From Pecten maximus (lineage: Eukaryota), in contig NC_047016.1 in NCBI RefSeq assembly GCF_902652985.1, forward strand, positions 21,142,001 through 21,206,000: a stretch of DNA of 64,000 nt, given 5' to 3'. Each line of letters opens with the position of its first letter. Position 1 is the first letter of the stretch. A program made the position numbers and the translations under genes. Below are positions 25,851 to 40,085 of the stretch, piece by piece. A model generated the notes under the pieces. It made no database searches, was not told the origin of the DNA, and worked only from the letters and a program-made list of their open reading frames with translations.

Positions 25851-26389
25851 AGAGTAATCGTCTTTACGACGTGTGTGTTACCTTATTCTCTGAATGAGAG
25901 CGAACTATGATGGTGACTAAGGAGACATTAGGCATATCAAAAATCATCGAACGCGTTTGTCTTCATTTCACACAAGAAAAAGGGATATTTTCCAAATGAG
26001 ATGTTGATGTCGACCATAATAAAACGTTTCCAAAGGTCTTTATCAGCCTGTATCTCTCGTGAACTCGTGGTATTGGGAAACATGGATATTGAATCAACCG
26101 AGACATGTAATCGCCGTAGTTTGGAGAAGCGATGGTGTTACAATAGAAATAGAAAATCCAAAAGTATTTACAGATGGTTATTAGTAGATGCCTTATTTGT
26201 AGTATTTAAGTGCGGTGTTTTATATCAGGATAAAAAAAATATCTTTTGATTCCTTTGTGATTGTACATGGCTTAATCTTCAAATAATTACTCAGTGAATC
26301 CATTGCGACAATGCTTGTTTTACCTTTCCTTTGGCATATTCTGTGACAGAATCCGTAAGTGTCCAGAAACACATATTACTTTTAATGGA

Positions 26390-26970
26390 AGGAGTTTCTA
26401 ATAACAAGGGAAAAAAATAAAACAAATGCAAAAGTGGAACAAGAAAACAAAAGAGAAAATGAAAAGAAGAAAACAAAGGCAAACAAAAGCACAAAAACAA
26501 AGACACACAAGGAACAGGCACAAAACCGGGAACAAAAGCTCATCAGTAGTAAGGCGAAAACAGGAACAAATGCAAACCGGGAACTAAAGCTCATCAGTAG
26601 TACATGTAAGACAAAAACAGGAACAAAGGCAAACCGGAAACACGGGCCTGTGAAGCATAAAAGACAATCCATGGATAGGAGATTACCAGAAACGAAGCAA
26701 ACCTGGAGTTCGAGAATACTTAAAAACAGTGGCAAACAAGAAACAAGGGCACGCTGGTAGGAACAAGGACATGATAAGAGCGAAGTCAAACAAGAAAGAA
26801 GTTTACATAAGGAACATTTGAATTCCAAGACAAAGCCAAATCAGGAACAGGGGCAAACCAGGCAGCAGAAATAGTATTACATTATACATCAGGATCATAA
26901 GGGAAACGGACGCAATAGAAGACGCGAACATAACCACCACGGATAAGGAAACACAGCACAAGTCCCAAAA
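26390..26970. repeat. A-rich low-complexity block containing a ~51-57-bp local duplication (AAACCGGGAACWAAAGCTCATCAGTAGTA)
   Basis: The + strand is T-depleted. The duplicated segment is at ~26523 and ~26574. Confidence 0.7.
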
Positions 26971-27069
26971 CACGAAAATGTATCTAGGTTTTTTTTTCTT
27001 CAAATGGTAAATTATCATATTCACCACTTTGCATATTGCTTGAAGAGCACGATTCGTACTTGTTGTAAA

Positions 27070-27420
27070 ACACTATATAGTTTGTACTGAGGATACACTG
27101 TACACTAACTAGTTTGTGTTGATATACTGTACACTAACTAGTTTGTGTTGATATACTGTACACTAACTAGTTTGTGTTGATATACTGTACACTAACTAGT
27201 TTGTGTTGCTACACTGTACACTAACTAGTTTGTGTTGATATACTGTACACTAACTAGTTTGTGTTGATATACTGTACACTAACTAGTTTGTGTTGATATA
27301 CTGTACACTAACTAGTTTGTGTTGATATACTGTACACTATCTAGTTTGTGTTGCAGATACGCTATACACTATATACATTTAGTTTATGTTGTAAATACAC
27401 TGTACACTAAATAGTTTGTG
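27070..27420. repeat. 29-bp tandem repeat (GATATACTGTACACTAACTAGTTTGTGTT), about 12 copies
   Basis: Near-identical central copies with period 29 (27121, 27150, ...). The unit contains the near-palindrome ACAC-T-AACTAGTT-T-GTGT. Confidence 0.95.
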
Positions 27421-28284
27421 GACAGTGCATATTAGTGGAAGTTTGTGTTATCTGTGTACTGGGTATATAAAGGGTTGTAAAATTAACAAAAAGCACACAC
27501 TGATTTGTCCTTACCTAACCAGCGTCGTGAATAAATCTGTAAGAATATAAAAAAAATCGTATTACTTGTATCTTAATTACTGGAGGCAATATGCAGGAAA
27601 GTTTTAATTGGTCAGGTAATACTTGATCAAAAGACTTCGCAGTTTTATCATAATAATCTCATATATAGCGTTCCTGTATGATAGCATCTATAGCCATATA
27701 ATTTTTGAAAAATATACATTAATGTTTTTTTTAAACGAGGGACGTTGATTTAATTTCAAACTTGCATTTCGATATGATATCTAACCATATATCGCGGATA
27801 GTAGATAGAAATCAAGTGTACATAGGTCATAAATAATGCATAGCAGTTGTGATGAGTATGATAAGTTTACAAAGACACTGCGGCATGTTAATAGCTTGGC
27901 CAGCCTTCTCACCCTCCTATGCTGCCCAGGGTCACTCATGATCACTAGGTATGCTGTAATTCAACCTTGTCTTAAAACCGTAGTAGTCACCTTTCCATTC
28001 TACAAATCAAATGAAACATTTCCTATTTAATAATGCTGTCGGTAGTTTAAACAACAGTTAAATACAGTACTTACCCTCAGTGGCATCGCTGTCTTTGTGT
28101 GCCTTTAATATTCCATGTATAATTAAGACACACGTTTATACAATTATATTTGAAATGTAATTGAGCATGGTCTTAAATACTAATTATACAAAGCAGAAGA
28201 ACATCAGAGGTATCATATTACTAGTATAACCATGATCAAACTACATACATGGTCAGGAAATAAGTTGCGAATACGTACAGGAAA

Positions 28285-28844
28285 CGAAAGTATGGTGATA
28301 GCTCGTTATAGGAAAATAGAAGTATGGTGATGGCTCGTTAGTATAGAGTAACAGAAGTATGGTGATGGCTCGTATATATAGGAAAATAGAAGTATGGTGA
28401 TGGCTCGTATATATAGGAAAATAGAAGTATGGTGATGGCTCGTTATAGGAAAATAGAAGTATGTTGATGGCTCGTTAGTATAGAGTAACAGAAGTATGGT
28501 GATGGCTCGTATATATAGGAAAATAGAAGTATGGTGATGGCTCGTATATATAGGAAAATAGAAGTATGGTGATGGCTCGTTATAGGAAAATAGAAGTATG
28601 TTGATGGCTCGTTAGTATAGAGTAACAGAAGTATGGTGATGGCTCGTATATATAGGAAAATAGAAGTATGACGATGGCTCGTATATATAGGAAAATAGAA
28701 GTATAGTGATGGCTCGTATATATAGGAAAATAGAAGTATGGTGATGGCTCGTATATAAAGGAAACAGACTATGGTGATGGCTCGTGTATAAAGGAAACAG
28801 ACTATGGCGATGGCTCGTGTATAAAGGAAACAGACTATGGTGAT
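28285..28844. repeat. 35-bp satellite, left segment (GAAGTATGGTGATGGCTCGTATATATAGGAAAATA variants mixed with the ...TTAGTATAGAGTAACA variant)
   Basis: Read directly. Same family as 29604-33880 but with a different dominant variant. Confidence 0.93.
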
Positions 28845-29603
28845 GAATCTGTATTAAGCGACCACTCAAGGGAAGTTGAAAAAACGGTCTCTTAATGGAG
28901 AGTGGTCTCTTAATAGAGATTGTATGTTAGATTAAATTAATGTTCATAAGCTTTTTATTAACTTTATAAATTCGCAATAATGATTCATAATGTACACTGT
29001 ATATATATATATTTTGTAATTCTTTTACATAGCAAAGCACATCGATTTAACATTAGAAATATATTTTATTGGTTTAATAGATTATTGTCCAATCCCTGTA
29101 CAAAATGTATATATATATATTTTTTATTCCTGAAATCTTGGTCCGGACATCCGCCCCGATTATTAGTTACGTTACTGCTTTTCCTACTTGATAAACGGCG
29201 ACTTTTTCTCTTGCAAATATCTGTTTTAATATCTCAAAAAAGATAACAAATCACGATTTAACTGTAAGTTGAGTGTTTTTGCATTCCTTAATTATAATAT
29301 ATCTCATGCATTATATAGTTTATGAGTCAAAACGTCTGAAAATCGTCAGAATTTTAGACCGGCTCTTCGCCTCCTCTCCCGTCCTTTCATGAAATGGTAA
29401 TGGAATACATTTTGTAGACTTTTGGTCGCTTATTAGAGATTTATTGTTATGACATGAATGAAAAATTGCGGTCGCTAGTCACGTTAACAGAGGGTCTTTT
29501 AATAGAGTTGAAATATATAGCGAAAACGCTCGGGAGGAATTGAAATGGCCGCTTAGAACAGACAGTGACTTAATAGAGATGGTCGTTTGGACAGATTCGA
29601 CTG
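28845..29603. mobile_element. Tc1/mariner (pogo/Tigger-like) non-autonomous MITE, ~760 bp, inserted in the 35-bp array
   Basis: The right end ...TGGTCGTTTGGACAGATTCGACTG|TA gives a TIR of CAGTCGAATCTGT followed by a TA target. The left end GAATCTGTATTAAGCGACCA matches but lacks the terminal CAGTC. Multiple internal GGTCKCTTAATAGAG subterminal repeats; no transposase ORF. Confidence 0.8.
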
Positions 29604-32600
29604 TATAGGAAAACAGACTAGGGCGATGGCTCGTTAGTATAGAGTAACAGAGGTATGGTGATGGCTCGTTAGTATAGAGTAACAGAAGTATGGTGATGAC
29701 CCGTTAGCATAGAGTAACAGAAGTATGGTGATGGCTCGTTTGTATAGAGTAACAGAAGTATGGTGATGACCCGTTAGTATAGAGTAACAGAAGTATGGTG
29801 ATGACTCGTTAGTATAGAGTAACAGAAGTATGGTGATGGCTCGTTAGTATAGAGTAACAGAAGTATGGTGATGGCTCGTTAGTATAGAGTAACAGAAGTA
29901 TGGCGATGGCCCGTTAGTATCGAGTAACAGAAGTATGGTGATGGCCCGTTAGTACAGAGTAACAGAAGTATGGTGATGGCTCGTTAGTATAGAGTAACAG
30001 AAGTATGGTGATGGCTCGTTAGTATAGAGTAACAGAAGTATGGCGATGGCCCGTTAATATAGAGTAACAGAAGTATGGTGATGGCTCGTTAGTATAGAGT
30101 AACAGAAGTATGGTGATGGCTCGTTAGTGTAGAGTAACATAAGTATGGCGATGGCCTGTTAGTATAGAGTAACAGAAGTATGGTGATGACTCGTTAGTAT
30201 AGAGTAACAGAAGTATGGTGATGGCTCGTTAGTATAGAGTAACAGAAGTATGGTGATGGCTCGTTAGTATAGAGTAACAGAAGTATGGCGATGGCCCGTT
30301 AATATAGAGTAACAGAAGTATGGTGATGGCTCGTTAGTATAGAGTAACAGAAGTATGGTGATGGCTCGTTAGTGTAGAGTGTAAAATAACAGAAGTATGG
30401 TGATGGCTCGTTAGTATAGAGTAACAGAAGTATGGTGATGGCCCGTTAGTATAGAGTAACAGAAGTATGCTGATGGCCCGTTAGTATAGAGCAACAGAAG
30501 TATGGTGATGGCTCGTTAGTATAGAGTAACAGAAGTATGGTGATGGCTCGTTAGTATAGATTAACAGAAGTATGGTGATAGCTCGTTAGTATAGAGCAAC
30601 AGAAGTATGGTGATGGCTCGTTAGTATAGAGTAACAGAAGTATGGTGATGGCTCGTTAGTATAGATTAACAGAAGTATGGTGATGGCCCGTTAGTATAGA
30701 TTTACAGAAGTATGGTGATGGCTCGTTAGTATAGATTTACAGAAGTATGGTGATGGCTCGTTAGTGTAGAGTAACAGAAGTATGGTGATGGCTCGTTAGT
30801 ATAGAGTAACAGAAGTATGGTGATGGGTCGTTAGTATAGAGTAACAGAAGTATGGTGATGGCTCGTTAGTATAGAGTAACAGAAGTATGCTGATGGCCCG
30901 TTAGTATAGAGCAACAGAAGTATGATGGTGGCCCGTTAGTATAGAGTAACAGAAGTATTGCGATGGCTCGTTAGTATAGATTAACAGAAGTATGGTGATG
31001 GCCCGTTAGTATAGATTTACAGAAGTATGGTGATGGCTCGTTAGTATATATTTACAGAAGTATGGTGATGGCTCGTTAGTATAGATTAACAGAAGTATGG
31101 TGTTGGCTCGTTAGTATAGATTTACAGAAGTATGGTGATGGCTCGTTAGTATAGATTGACAGAAGTATGGTGATGGCTCGTTAGTATAGAGTAACAGAAG
31201 TATGGCTATGGCCCGTTAGTATAGAGTAACAGAAGTATGGCGATGGCTCGTTAGTATAGAGTAACAGAAGTATGGTGATGGCTCGTTAGTATAAAGTAAC
31301 AGAAGTATGGTGATGGCTCGTTAGTATAGAGTAACAGAAGTATGGTGATGGCTCGTTAGTATAGAGTAACAGAAGTATGGTGATGGCTCGTTAGTATAGA
31401 GTAACATAAATATGGTGATGGCTCGTTAGTATAGAGTAACAGAAGTATGGTGATGGCCTGTTAGTATAGAATAACAGAAGTATGGCGATGGCCTGTTAGT
31501 ATAGAGTAACAGAAGTATGGTGATGACTCGTTAGTATAGAGTAACAGAAGTATGGTGATGGCTCGTTAGTATAGAGTAACAGAAGTATGGTGATGGCTCG
31601 TTAGTATAGAGTAACAGAAGTATGGCGATGGCCCGTTAATATAGAGTAACAGAAGTATGGTGATGGCTCGTTAGTATAGAGTAACAGAAGTATGGTGATG
31701 GCTCGTTAGTGTAGAGTGTAGAGTAACAGAAGTATGGTGATGGCTCGTTAGTATAGAGTAACAGAAGTATGGTGATGGCTCGTTAGTATAGAGTAACAGA
31801 AGTATGGTGATGGCTCGTTAGTGTAGAGTAACAGAAGTATTGCGATGGCTCGTTAGTATAGAGTAACAGAAGTATGGTGATGGCTCGTTAGTGTAGAGTA
31901 ACAGAAGTATGGTGATGGCTCGTTAGTATAGAGTAACAGAAGTATGGTGATGGCTCGTTAGTGTAGAGTGTAGAGTAACAGAAGTATGGTGATGGCTCGT
32001 TAGTGTAGAGTAACAGAAGTATGGTGATGGCTCGTTAGTGTAGAGTAACAGAAGTATGGTGATGGCTCGTTAGTGTAGAGTAACAGAAGTATGCTGATGG
32101 CCCGTTAGTATAGAGCAACAGAAGTATGGTGATGGCTCGTTAGTATAGAGTAACAGAAGTATGGTGATGGCTCGTTAGTATAGATTAACAGAAGTATGGT
32201 GATGGCTCGTTAGTATAGAGTAACAGAAGTATGCTGATGGCCCGTTAGTATAGATTTACAGAAGTATGGTGATGGCTCGTTAGTATAGATTTGCATAAGT
32301 ATGGTGATGGCTCGTTAGTATAGATTAACAGAAGTATAGTGGTGGCTCGTTAGTATAGATTAACAGAAGTATGGTGATGGCCCGTTAGTATAGATTGACA
32401 GAAGTATGGTGATGGCTACTTAGTATAGAGTAACAGAAGTAAGGTGATGGCCCCTTAGTATAGAGTAACAGAAGTATGGTGATGACTCGTTAGTATAGAG
32501 TAACAGAAGTATGGCGATAGCTCGTTAGTATAGATTAACAGAAGTATGGTGATGGCTACTTAGTATAGAGTAACAGAAGTATGGTGATGGGTCGTTAGTA

Positions 32601-33880
32601 AAGAGTAACAGAAGTATGGTGATGGCCCGTTAGTATAGAGTAACAGAAGTATGGCGATGGCCCGTTAGTATAGAGTAACAGAAGTATTGCGATGGCTCGT
32701 TAGTATAGAGTAACAGAAGTATGGTGATGGCCCGTTAGTATAGATTGACAGAAGTATGGTGATGGCCCGTTAGTATAGAGTAACAGAAGTATTGCGATGG
32801 CTCGTTAGTATAGATTAACAGAAGTATGGTGATGGCCCGTTAGTATAGATTTACAGAAGTATGGTGATGACTCGTTAGTATAGATTTACAGAAGTATGGT
32901 GATGGCTCATTAGTAAAGATTAACAGAAGTATGGTGATGGCTCGTTAGTATAGATTAACAGAAGTATGGTGATGGCCCGTTAGTATAGATTGACAGAAGT
33001 ATGGTGATGGCTCGTTAGTATAGAGTAACAGAAGTATGGTGATGACTCGTTAGTATAGAGTAACAGAAGTATGGTGATGGCCCGTTAGTATAGAGTAACA
33101 GAAGTAAGGTGATGGCCCCTTAGTATAGAGTAACAGAAGTATGGCGATAGCTCGTTAGTATAGAGTAACAGAAGTATGGTGATGGCTACTTAGTATAGAG
33201 TAACAGAAGTATCGTGATGGCCCGTTAGTATAGAGTAACAGAAGTAAGGTGATGGCCCCTTAGTATAGAGTAACAGAAGTATGGCGATAGCTCGTTAGTA
33301 TAGATTAACAGAAGTATGGTGATGGCTACTTAGTATAGAGTAACAGAAGTGTGGTGATGGGTCGTTAGTATAGAGTAACAGAAGTATGGTGATGGCCCGT
33401 TAGTATAGAGCAACAGAAGTATGGCGATGGCCCGTTAGTATAGAGTAACAGAAGTATTGCGATGGCTCGTTAGTATAGAGTAACAGAAGTATGGTGATGG
33501 CCCGTTAGTATAGAGTAACAGAAGTATGGCTATGGCCCGTTAGTATAGAGTAACAGAAGTATGGCGATGGCTCGTTAGTATAGAGTAACAGAAGTATGGT
33601 GATGGCTCGTTAGTATAAAGTAACAGAAGTATGGTGATGGCTCGTTAGTATAGAGTAACAGAAGTATGGTGATGGCTCGTTAGTATAGAGTAACAGAAGT
33701 ATGGTGATGGCTCGTTAGTATAGAGTAACAGAAATATGGTGATGGCTCGTTAGTATAGAGTAACAGAAGTATGGTGATGGCTCGTTAGTATAGTGTAACA
33801 GAAGTATGGTGATGGCCCGTTAATATGGAAAAACCGACTACGGAGATGTCTCGAAAGTATAGGAAAACAGATTGATGGCA
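29604..33880. repeat. 35-bp satellite, main segment (GAAGTATGGTGATGGCTCGTTAGTATAGAGTAACA), about 120 copies
   Basis: Read directly. Degenerate tail at 33820-33880. Confidence 0.97.
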
Positions 33881-35205
33881 TATTGGCGATAAGTAAATAA
33901 ACCGCGAAAATGAAATGTATATACAGTGTACTAAGGTGTTGCAGATGCTTCCAAGATGTGTCAACGCGATAAGTAATACCCGAGAACATCGACAGAGAAA
34001 ATCGTGAAATTTAACAACTATGCAGCGTATCAAACATAATAGGAGTGATGACTCCTTAGTATAGCAAACAAAAGTATGTCATTGGCATTTTTATATGCTG
34101 ATATGCCTACAAAAACAGAATGATTGCAAGCCCGATTTTTGTTGTCACTGTAATATACATTTTCCCATGTTGATATATGAAAAAAACGACAATGATAGAG
34201 ACTATAAAGTGCTAAGTATGTTAGCACGAGCACTTCTTTTGTTTCAACCTTTGACTGGGTAACGAGGTCCTGTACGTGCATTAGGTATTGCTGTTACGTT
34301 CATATTCTCCTTTGAGGTCTGTTCTAATATAGGGACAAGTGGCAATGATTTTCTTATATAATCTTAATATCAAATAATCCCATGTGTACCGATGTCAATG
34401 TTTACTAGTATGTTTAAATGATTTCTAATTCAAATCAGAGCCCAATAGCTTCCGTTCTGGCCGAATCTGTTTCTTTCTCCTTTATAACTATCTATTCAGC
34501 TTTTCTATATTAAGGTATCCATTTACATAAGACAGCCATTGAACATTAAACAGGCGTAAATGATATGGCAGGAATCCGGAGTAATGGTGATTGCTCGTTC
34601 ATAATGTAATGGACCTTTTAACGGTATATTATATTCTTTTCTTAACAGTAATGTCTTCAATTCAAGGATCAAGAATGCTAAATACCTGAAGAAGCAATTA
34701 ATATAATTAAGGAAATCGACTAATGGACATATGACACGCATAAATTCCTCATTTTTACCAGTTTTCTCCACCTGCTATCGCAGCACGCTATGTCGCTTTG
34801 TGTAGATTAATTGCAGGGTAACTAAACTTTTCTCTAAAAAGATATTTATCATATCTTAACAGTTTGTCAGCACGAAACTATTTGAACTTTCCCGTATTTC
34901 CATATACAATAGGAAGAACGGTAATGATATTTGAGTTTGAAGTCAAATGACTAACAGATCTGCTCAATATCCACTATACTAACAACTGTTCAAGTTTATT
35001 GTTTGTATAAAGTTCTACTGCGTAACGAAGAAATAGCTCTGAAAGTATGTGATGATGTTGGCAAGCCATGGAACATATGTAAATTATATAAGTCAACCAG
35101 AGTTTAAGTTTTATCAGACTTTCCCTAAAACGAAACTAGTTACAACAGAGAATTCCTAAATAAAAATCGGTGTTTGTTCATGTCTTCATCTCTTACTTAT
35201 GATAT

Positions 35206-35925
35206 GCCTCGGCAGTACCCCGGCGGTACCCCGGCAGTATATTCTGTAACCCGACAGTACCTCGGCAGTACCTCGGTACCCCGGCAGGACCCGGCAGTAC
35301 CCCGGCAGTACCTCAGCTTACCTGACAGTACCCTGGCAGTACCCCGGCGGTACCTCGGTACCCCGGCAGTACCCCGGCAGTACCTCAGCTTACCCGACAG
35401 TACCTCGGTACCCCGGCAGGACCCGGCAGTACCCCGGCAGTACCTCAGCTTACCTGACAGTACCCCGGCAGTACCTCGGTACCCCGGCGGTACCCCGGCA
35501 GTACCCCGGCAGTACCTCGGCAGTACCTAGGCAGTACCTCGGTACCCCGGCAGTACCCCGGCGGTACCTCGGTACCCCGGCAGTACCCCGGCAGTACCTC
35601 AGCTTACCCGACAGTACCTCGGTACCCCGGCAGTACCCCGGCAGTACCTCAGCTTACCTGACAGTACCCCGGCAGTACCTCGGCAGTACCTCGGTACCCC
35701 GGCAGTACCTCGGTACCCCGGCGGTACCCCGGCAGTACCCCGGCAGTAACCCCCGGCAGTACCTCAGCTTATAAATTACCCGGCAGTACCTCGGCAGTAC
35801 CTCGGTACCCCGGCGGTACCCCGGCAGTACCCCGGCAGTAACCCCCGGCAGTACCTCAGCTTATAAATTACCCGACAGTACCTCGGAAGTACCCCTGCAG
35901 TACCCCGCGAGTACCTCGGCGGGTG
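35206..35925. repeat. GC/CpG-rich complex minisatellite built from CGGCAGTACCCC (12 bp), CGGTACCTC/CGGTACCCC (9 bp) and CAGCTTACC subunits
   Basis: Read directly. Strong C/G strand asymmetry and many GTAC/GGTACC palindromes. Confidence 0.93.
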
Positions 35926-38900
35926 GTTTATCAGAGTACCGTCGAAAATGATGGATAAAAGATTTAACAAAATGTATCCCGATAGATTAGACAACATTTC
36001 ACATAATTAGCCTGATAATGTATATTTCTTTGTCCACAATGCCCTGCCTTTGTTATGATATTGTGTATATAAAGGGGAGATGTTTATCGGTCCATATATG
36101 CTTTTAAGGTTTACTTTTGGCCTGATGGAGAAACAGTGAGATAAGGAAGCCCCTTTACCCCCGAGACTACGTGACTGTGTACTCGGGAGAAGAATGGCGA
36201 AACTATCACACAGACTCATCGGTACCAACCAGTTTTGGAAATTCATATCGGTAACCTTTATGAGGTAATATGATTGTTTTGTCGATAACTAGAATATATT
36301 TGTAATTTTCTGTATTCCATTGGGACGGAATAATGCTATGTAATAACGATTAGCCGTTATAGCTAAGTGTTGTTAATCACTGATTGGTACGATACGTGCT
36401 ATAATTATTGTCTTTGTTACCTTTGGAAATAAACGTCGTTCGTCCGTATAAAATATGTAGACAAATGTTTATTACACCTGTCGCTGTTATACATGAAGAA
36501 ATGAAGAACATGACTACTATTTCTCGTTTTCTATTGATCGAATAGTAACTAATGTTATGCTACATATATTATTTAAATTCTCAGATCGTTCAGTGTTTAT
36601 TAACATTGGACAATATTTTTGTTCATCCATTTTAAGCCATACACAGAAATCTATTAGACCTGATTTGAATGTGATACTTGGCGAACTATTCGGCCGTGTA
36701 ATGTTATATTTTGTACGAGTCCGGATATACATTTGTACCTTTTATGTTGTGTTTCGGACGCTCCTCTTCACATCATTAATAATTAAATATTGATGGTGAC
36801 AAATTCAAATAATGTATTTTATATGCAGATATTTCTGCCTTACAAAACGTTTTAAACGGAATAAGACTACAGGTACGGTATTATATTCACATTAGGTATT
36901 CATTAGCAAATTGTATGAGAACATTACCAGCGTAATTGATGACATGTTCAGCTTTAAACTAGACGATTGTAGTTACAAAGGTCTTTGTTGGGGTGTATGC
37001 AAAACTCAGCGCAGAAACGGATGTTCAATTATTTCATTTACTTTAATAGATTTCTGCAATTCCCGTTGATTTAATGACACATTGTAATCCGCTTTAACAA
37101 TCGGCATTAAAAAGGATTAAAACACGACTAATTATTGAACTTGTGCATTTCCATCGCCTTTCGCCGTATTGAATGCTATACAATAATTTGCCAGTTTGCC
37201 GAAAGTGTGCCGTAATACATTGGCCATATGCAGTTGAAATAGATTATCACAAAGTCAATGGGCATACATTGACCTGTAAAGCCTACTGCATGCACGCGCC
37301 ATCTGTCAGTTAGGATGGTGACGTACACAGGTAGCAAGAAGCGACGTGGTCAGACTGTCGTAATATGTACATAAATCATGCTTATCTCACTACCATCGGC
37401 AGCGGGAATCGGAACAAGACTTAACACAATGAGTGAGAGCTGGTAGAGGAACATCGGAGCTGTTTATCCTGTCTTAAACACAATAGAAAATTAGCATTAT
37501 ATGATAACATGGTAATATCAACTCAGTTCCTGTGTTTAGAGGTTATCAAAAGCATACGTTTGGGGAAAGATTGATGTATTGGAGCTGGAATCATCTAGTA
37601 CGAGGCAGGCGACTGGTGAATGTGAATACAGATATAAGGTACAGAATCAGATAGACCATTACAATATGTCACAGTCACTCGACAATCCGCTAATGGTACA
37701 TAATGGTACATTTAGCTGTATGTTTATTGAAATATGATAAAGAAGTATTAGTGAACAGTCAGTTCCTATAATACGTGCATACATGTACAGACTCAGTACT
37801 CATTTGGTCATTATCTGTAGGTATACAAATTGTATACCAAAGAGTTCACTCAAAATGAATATTTAAACAAATATTAGGTATAATATTAATTACACAAACA
37901 TAACATGTAGATAAAAACTCACCGTAACTTCAGTTAATATGAATAATAACAAAATAGCATTAATAGAATCAGTTCACATTAAAAAAGGGTAAGAAAATGC
38001 AATCAAATAATTCATGTTAATTCCAACAAATTAGAAAATCAATACACATCGATAGGATACATACCTGTTTTCCTGGTATTTCATTTGTCCGTGACATATC
38101 AAACAACAAAAATACAAACGGGATAAACTTTATTAAAATACACAGAAAAAAACGTTAGCAATGCTCGTAATTTTTGGGTTACATATAAGCCATTTAATTG
38201 GGAGCTATTTCATCACATGCTTGATTTTTTATCCAATCAAAAGTGTTGTTTCATAATACAGTATTCCATCATTAAAATCATTTGACTACATTTTGTCACC
38301 TGCACCATACAAATGATCCGTGAAACATATGTACGTTAAGTTGTGAAGTGTACGAGATTGTAATCAAATAGACAGGTATATTCGCCTACACTTGATTTAA
38401 TGAGCACTGTTGTGGTAAATAGTGCACAAGTCTTTTTAAAACAAAGCATATCCGAATCGACTTATAGTGTATAAGCTCTGTTTTAACGCTGTTCGTCTGG
38501 AGATTAACCTTGCCTGTGGAAGAGGTACATGTATATATACATTAAATGTACAATGCACATTTACTAGTGTGAATGAAATAATTCGTTATGACCATCATAC
38601 AACTTTTAAGGACAGATTAAACCACTTCTGCATTTGAAATTAAAATATTAAGATTGATCAATTAAATGTATTTTTGTAATAAATTGTGCTGCCATTGTAT
38701 TAATTCAGCATTTTTGGAAGAAGTAAAAGTAAATAGATTCGGATAAAGTTGTCTCCTTTTCCATTAAAACAAGGAATGAATGATAACATTTATATCACTG
38801 AATCACCAGACAATATTGTGTTGTTTTGTGTGGGAAAACAATGAAACAGAACCTTCCGTCTTTTTAAGGCTCTCGTGTAATTATATTTTTTGGGAATGTT

Positions 38901-40024
38901 TATAAACCAAACATCCACAAATATGACTAGTCGTTTGTCTGATAACGACAAGAGTAGGCACTAATTTCTTAAAACTTCAAAAATGCGTACCATTTAAAGC
39001 AAACAATCTTCAAATCAATGCTTCCCTTACAGGTGGGCTGAGTGTGGTATTCGTTATCACAGGTGAGGTGTGTTTACAGGTAGCCGAGTCCGTCTCCCTG
39101 ATTAAAGAACAAGTATGGCAGACTAGTCAGAACGATGGTTATCATAGCGTCCTCCAAAATACTCGTTTAACAATAATTAGAAACTGTTTATCTTAAATCT
39201 TTTAAATTGTTAGTGTTCAATCAGAAAGTTTAAAGTCGTGTGCCGGTGTCAGTCAAAGTTGACCATGTCCTGCCTATATCGACAGAAGGTCCTTTGTATG
39301 GTGTTGAGCATGGGGAGGGTCTCTAGATTGAGGAAAGTGATGACCTTGACAAATGGCCGCAGATGAAGCTATTATGTTTACCTTACATCAAATAGCTGTT
39401 TACGGTGCTTTAGGTAGGCACAACTGGACCTGAATCTCAGTCACTAGTTACTGACATCATCCTCAAGTGGCTCTCGACAGCTGAATAGGGAAGGTTTTTA
39501 CGCGTTTTCCTTATCCTGCTACTACTATCTTGTTCTATGTTCTATTGAAGATCTTACCAATGAGGCAGTGTATTGACCTTACATATCCACATGCACTAAT
39601 ATATATCTGGCTACTTACCATATATTCAATCATAACAATCAGTCACCAGTACGTCCATCTATATGTAAAAGACTTACAAAATGGACACAGGTGAAAACAG
39701 TTTTTAAAAATTGCTTAAGACATTTCATAAAATGAATGCAATGGTTATCAAGAACACTGTCTGATCGGTAGTTGAGACAAAATGAAATTTGAAATATTCC
39801 AAATCATACATGTTGACATATTCTTGGACAAAGAAACAATTGTCCGAAAGGTTTAGAAATTAGAAATAACTACCAGATATTTGAAAAAAAAATCAATATT
39901 GTCCCAAACACGTTCAAAATAAAAAATAAGATTCATTCTTTATTTTCCTTGTTAAATAAGATCCCACATGAACATCCATGCCAACATAGGGAAAGGAACA
40001 CATTATCTTACTGAACTGCACAAC

Positions 40025-40085
40025 ATGACCCTGGCTGTTAATACCTGACGTTAAACGAAAACAAACCAAACAAACCAAACTAAAC
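40025..40085 (+). mobile_element. 5'-truncated SINE/LINE 3' tail (ATGACCCTGGCTGTTAATA..GACGTTAAAC plus an AAAC/AAACC-type tail)
   Basis: Matches the reverse complement of 59291-59337. Simple-repeat tail; possible short target-site duplication ACAACA (40020-40025 / 40084-40089). Confidence 0.7.

Noticed and set aside
25329-27027. Hydrophobic F/V/L/C-rich and K-rich ORFs on both strands
   Set aside because: Products of A-rich low-complexity sequence; overlapping frames are all open and no domain is recognisable.
27070-27420. CRISPR-like 29-bp palindromic repeats
   Set aside because: No spacers; this is a simple tandem array.
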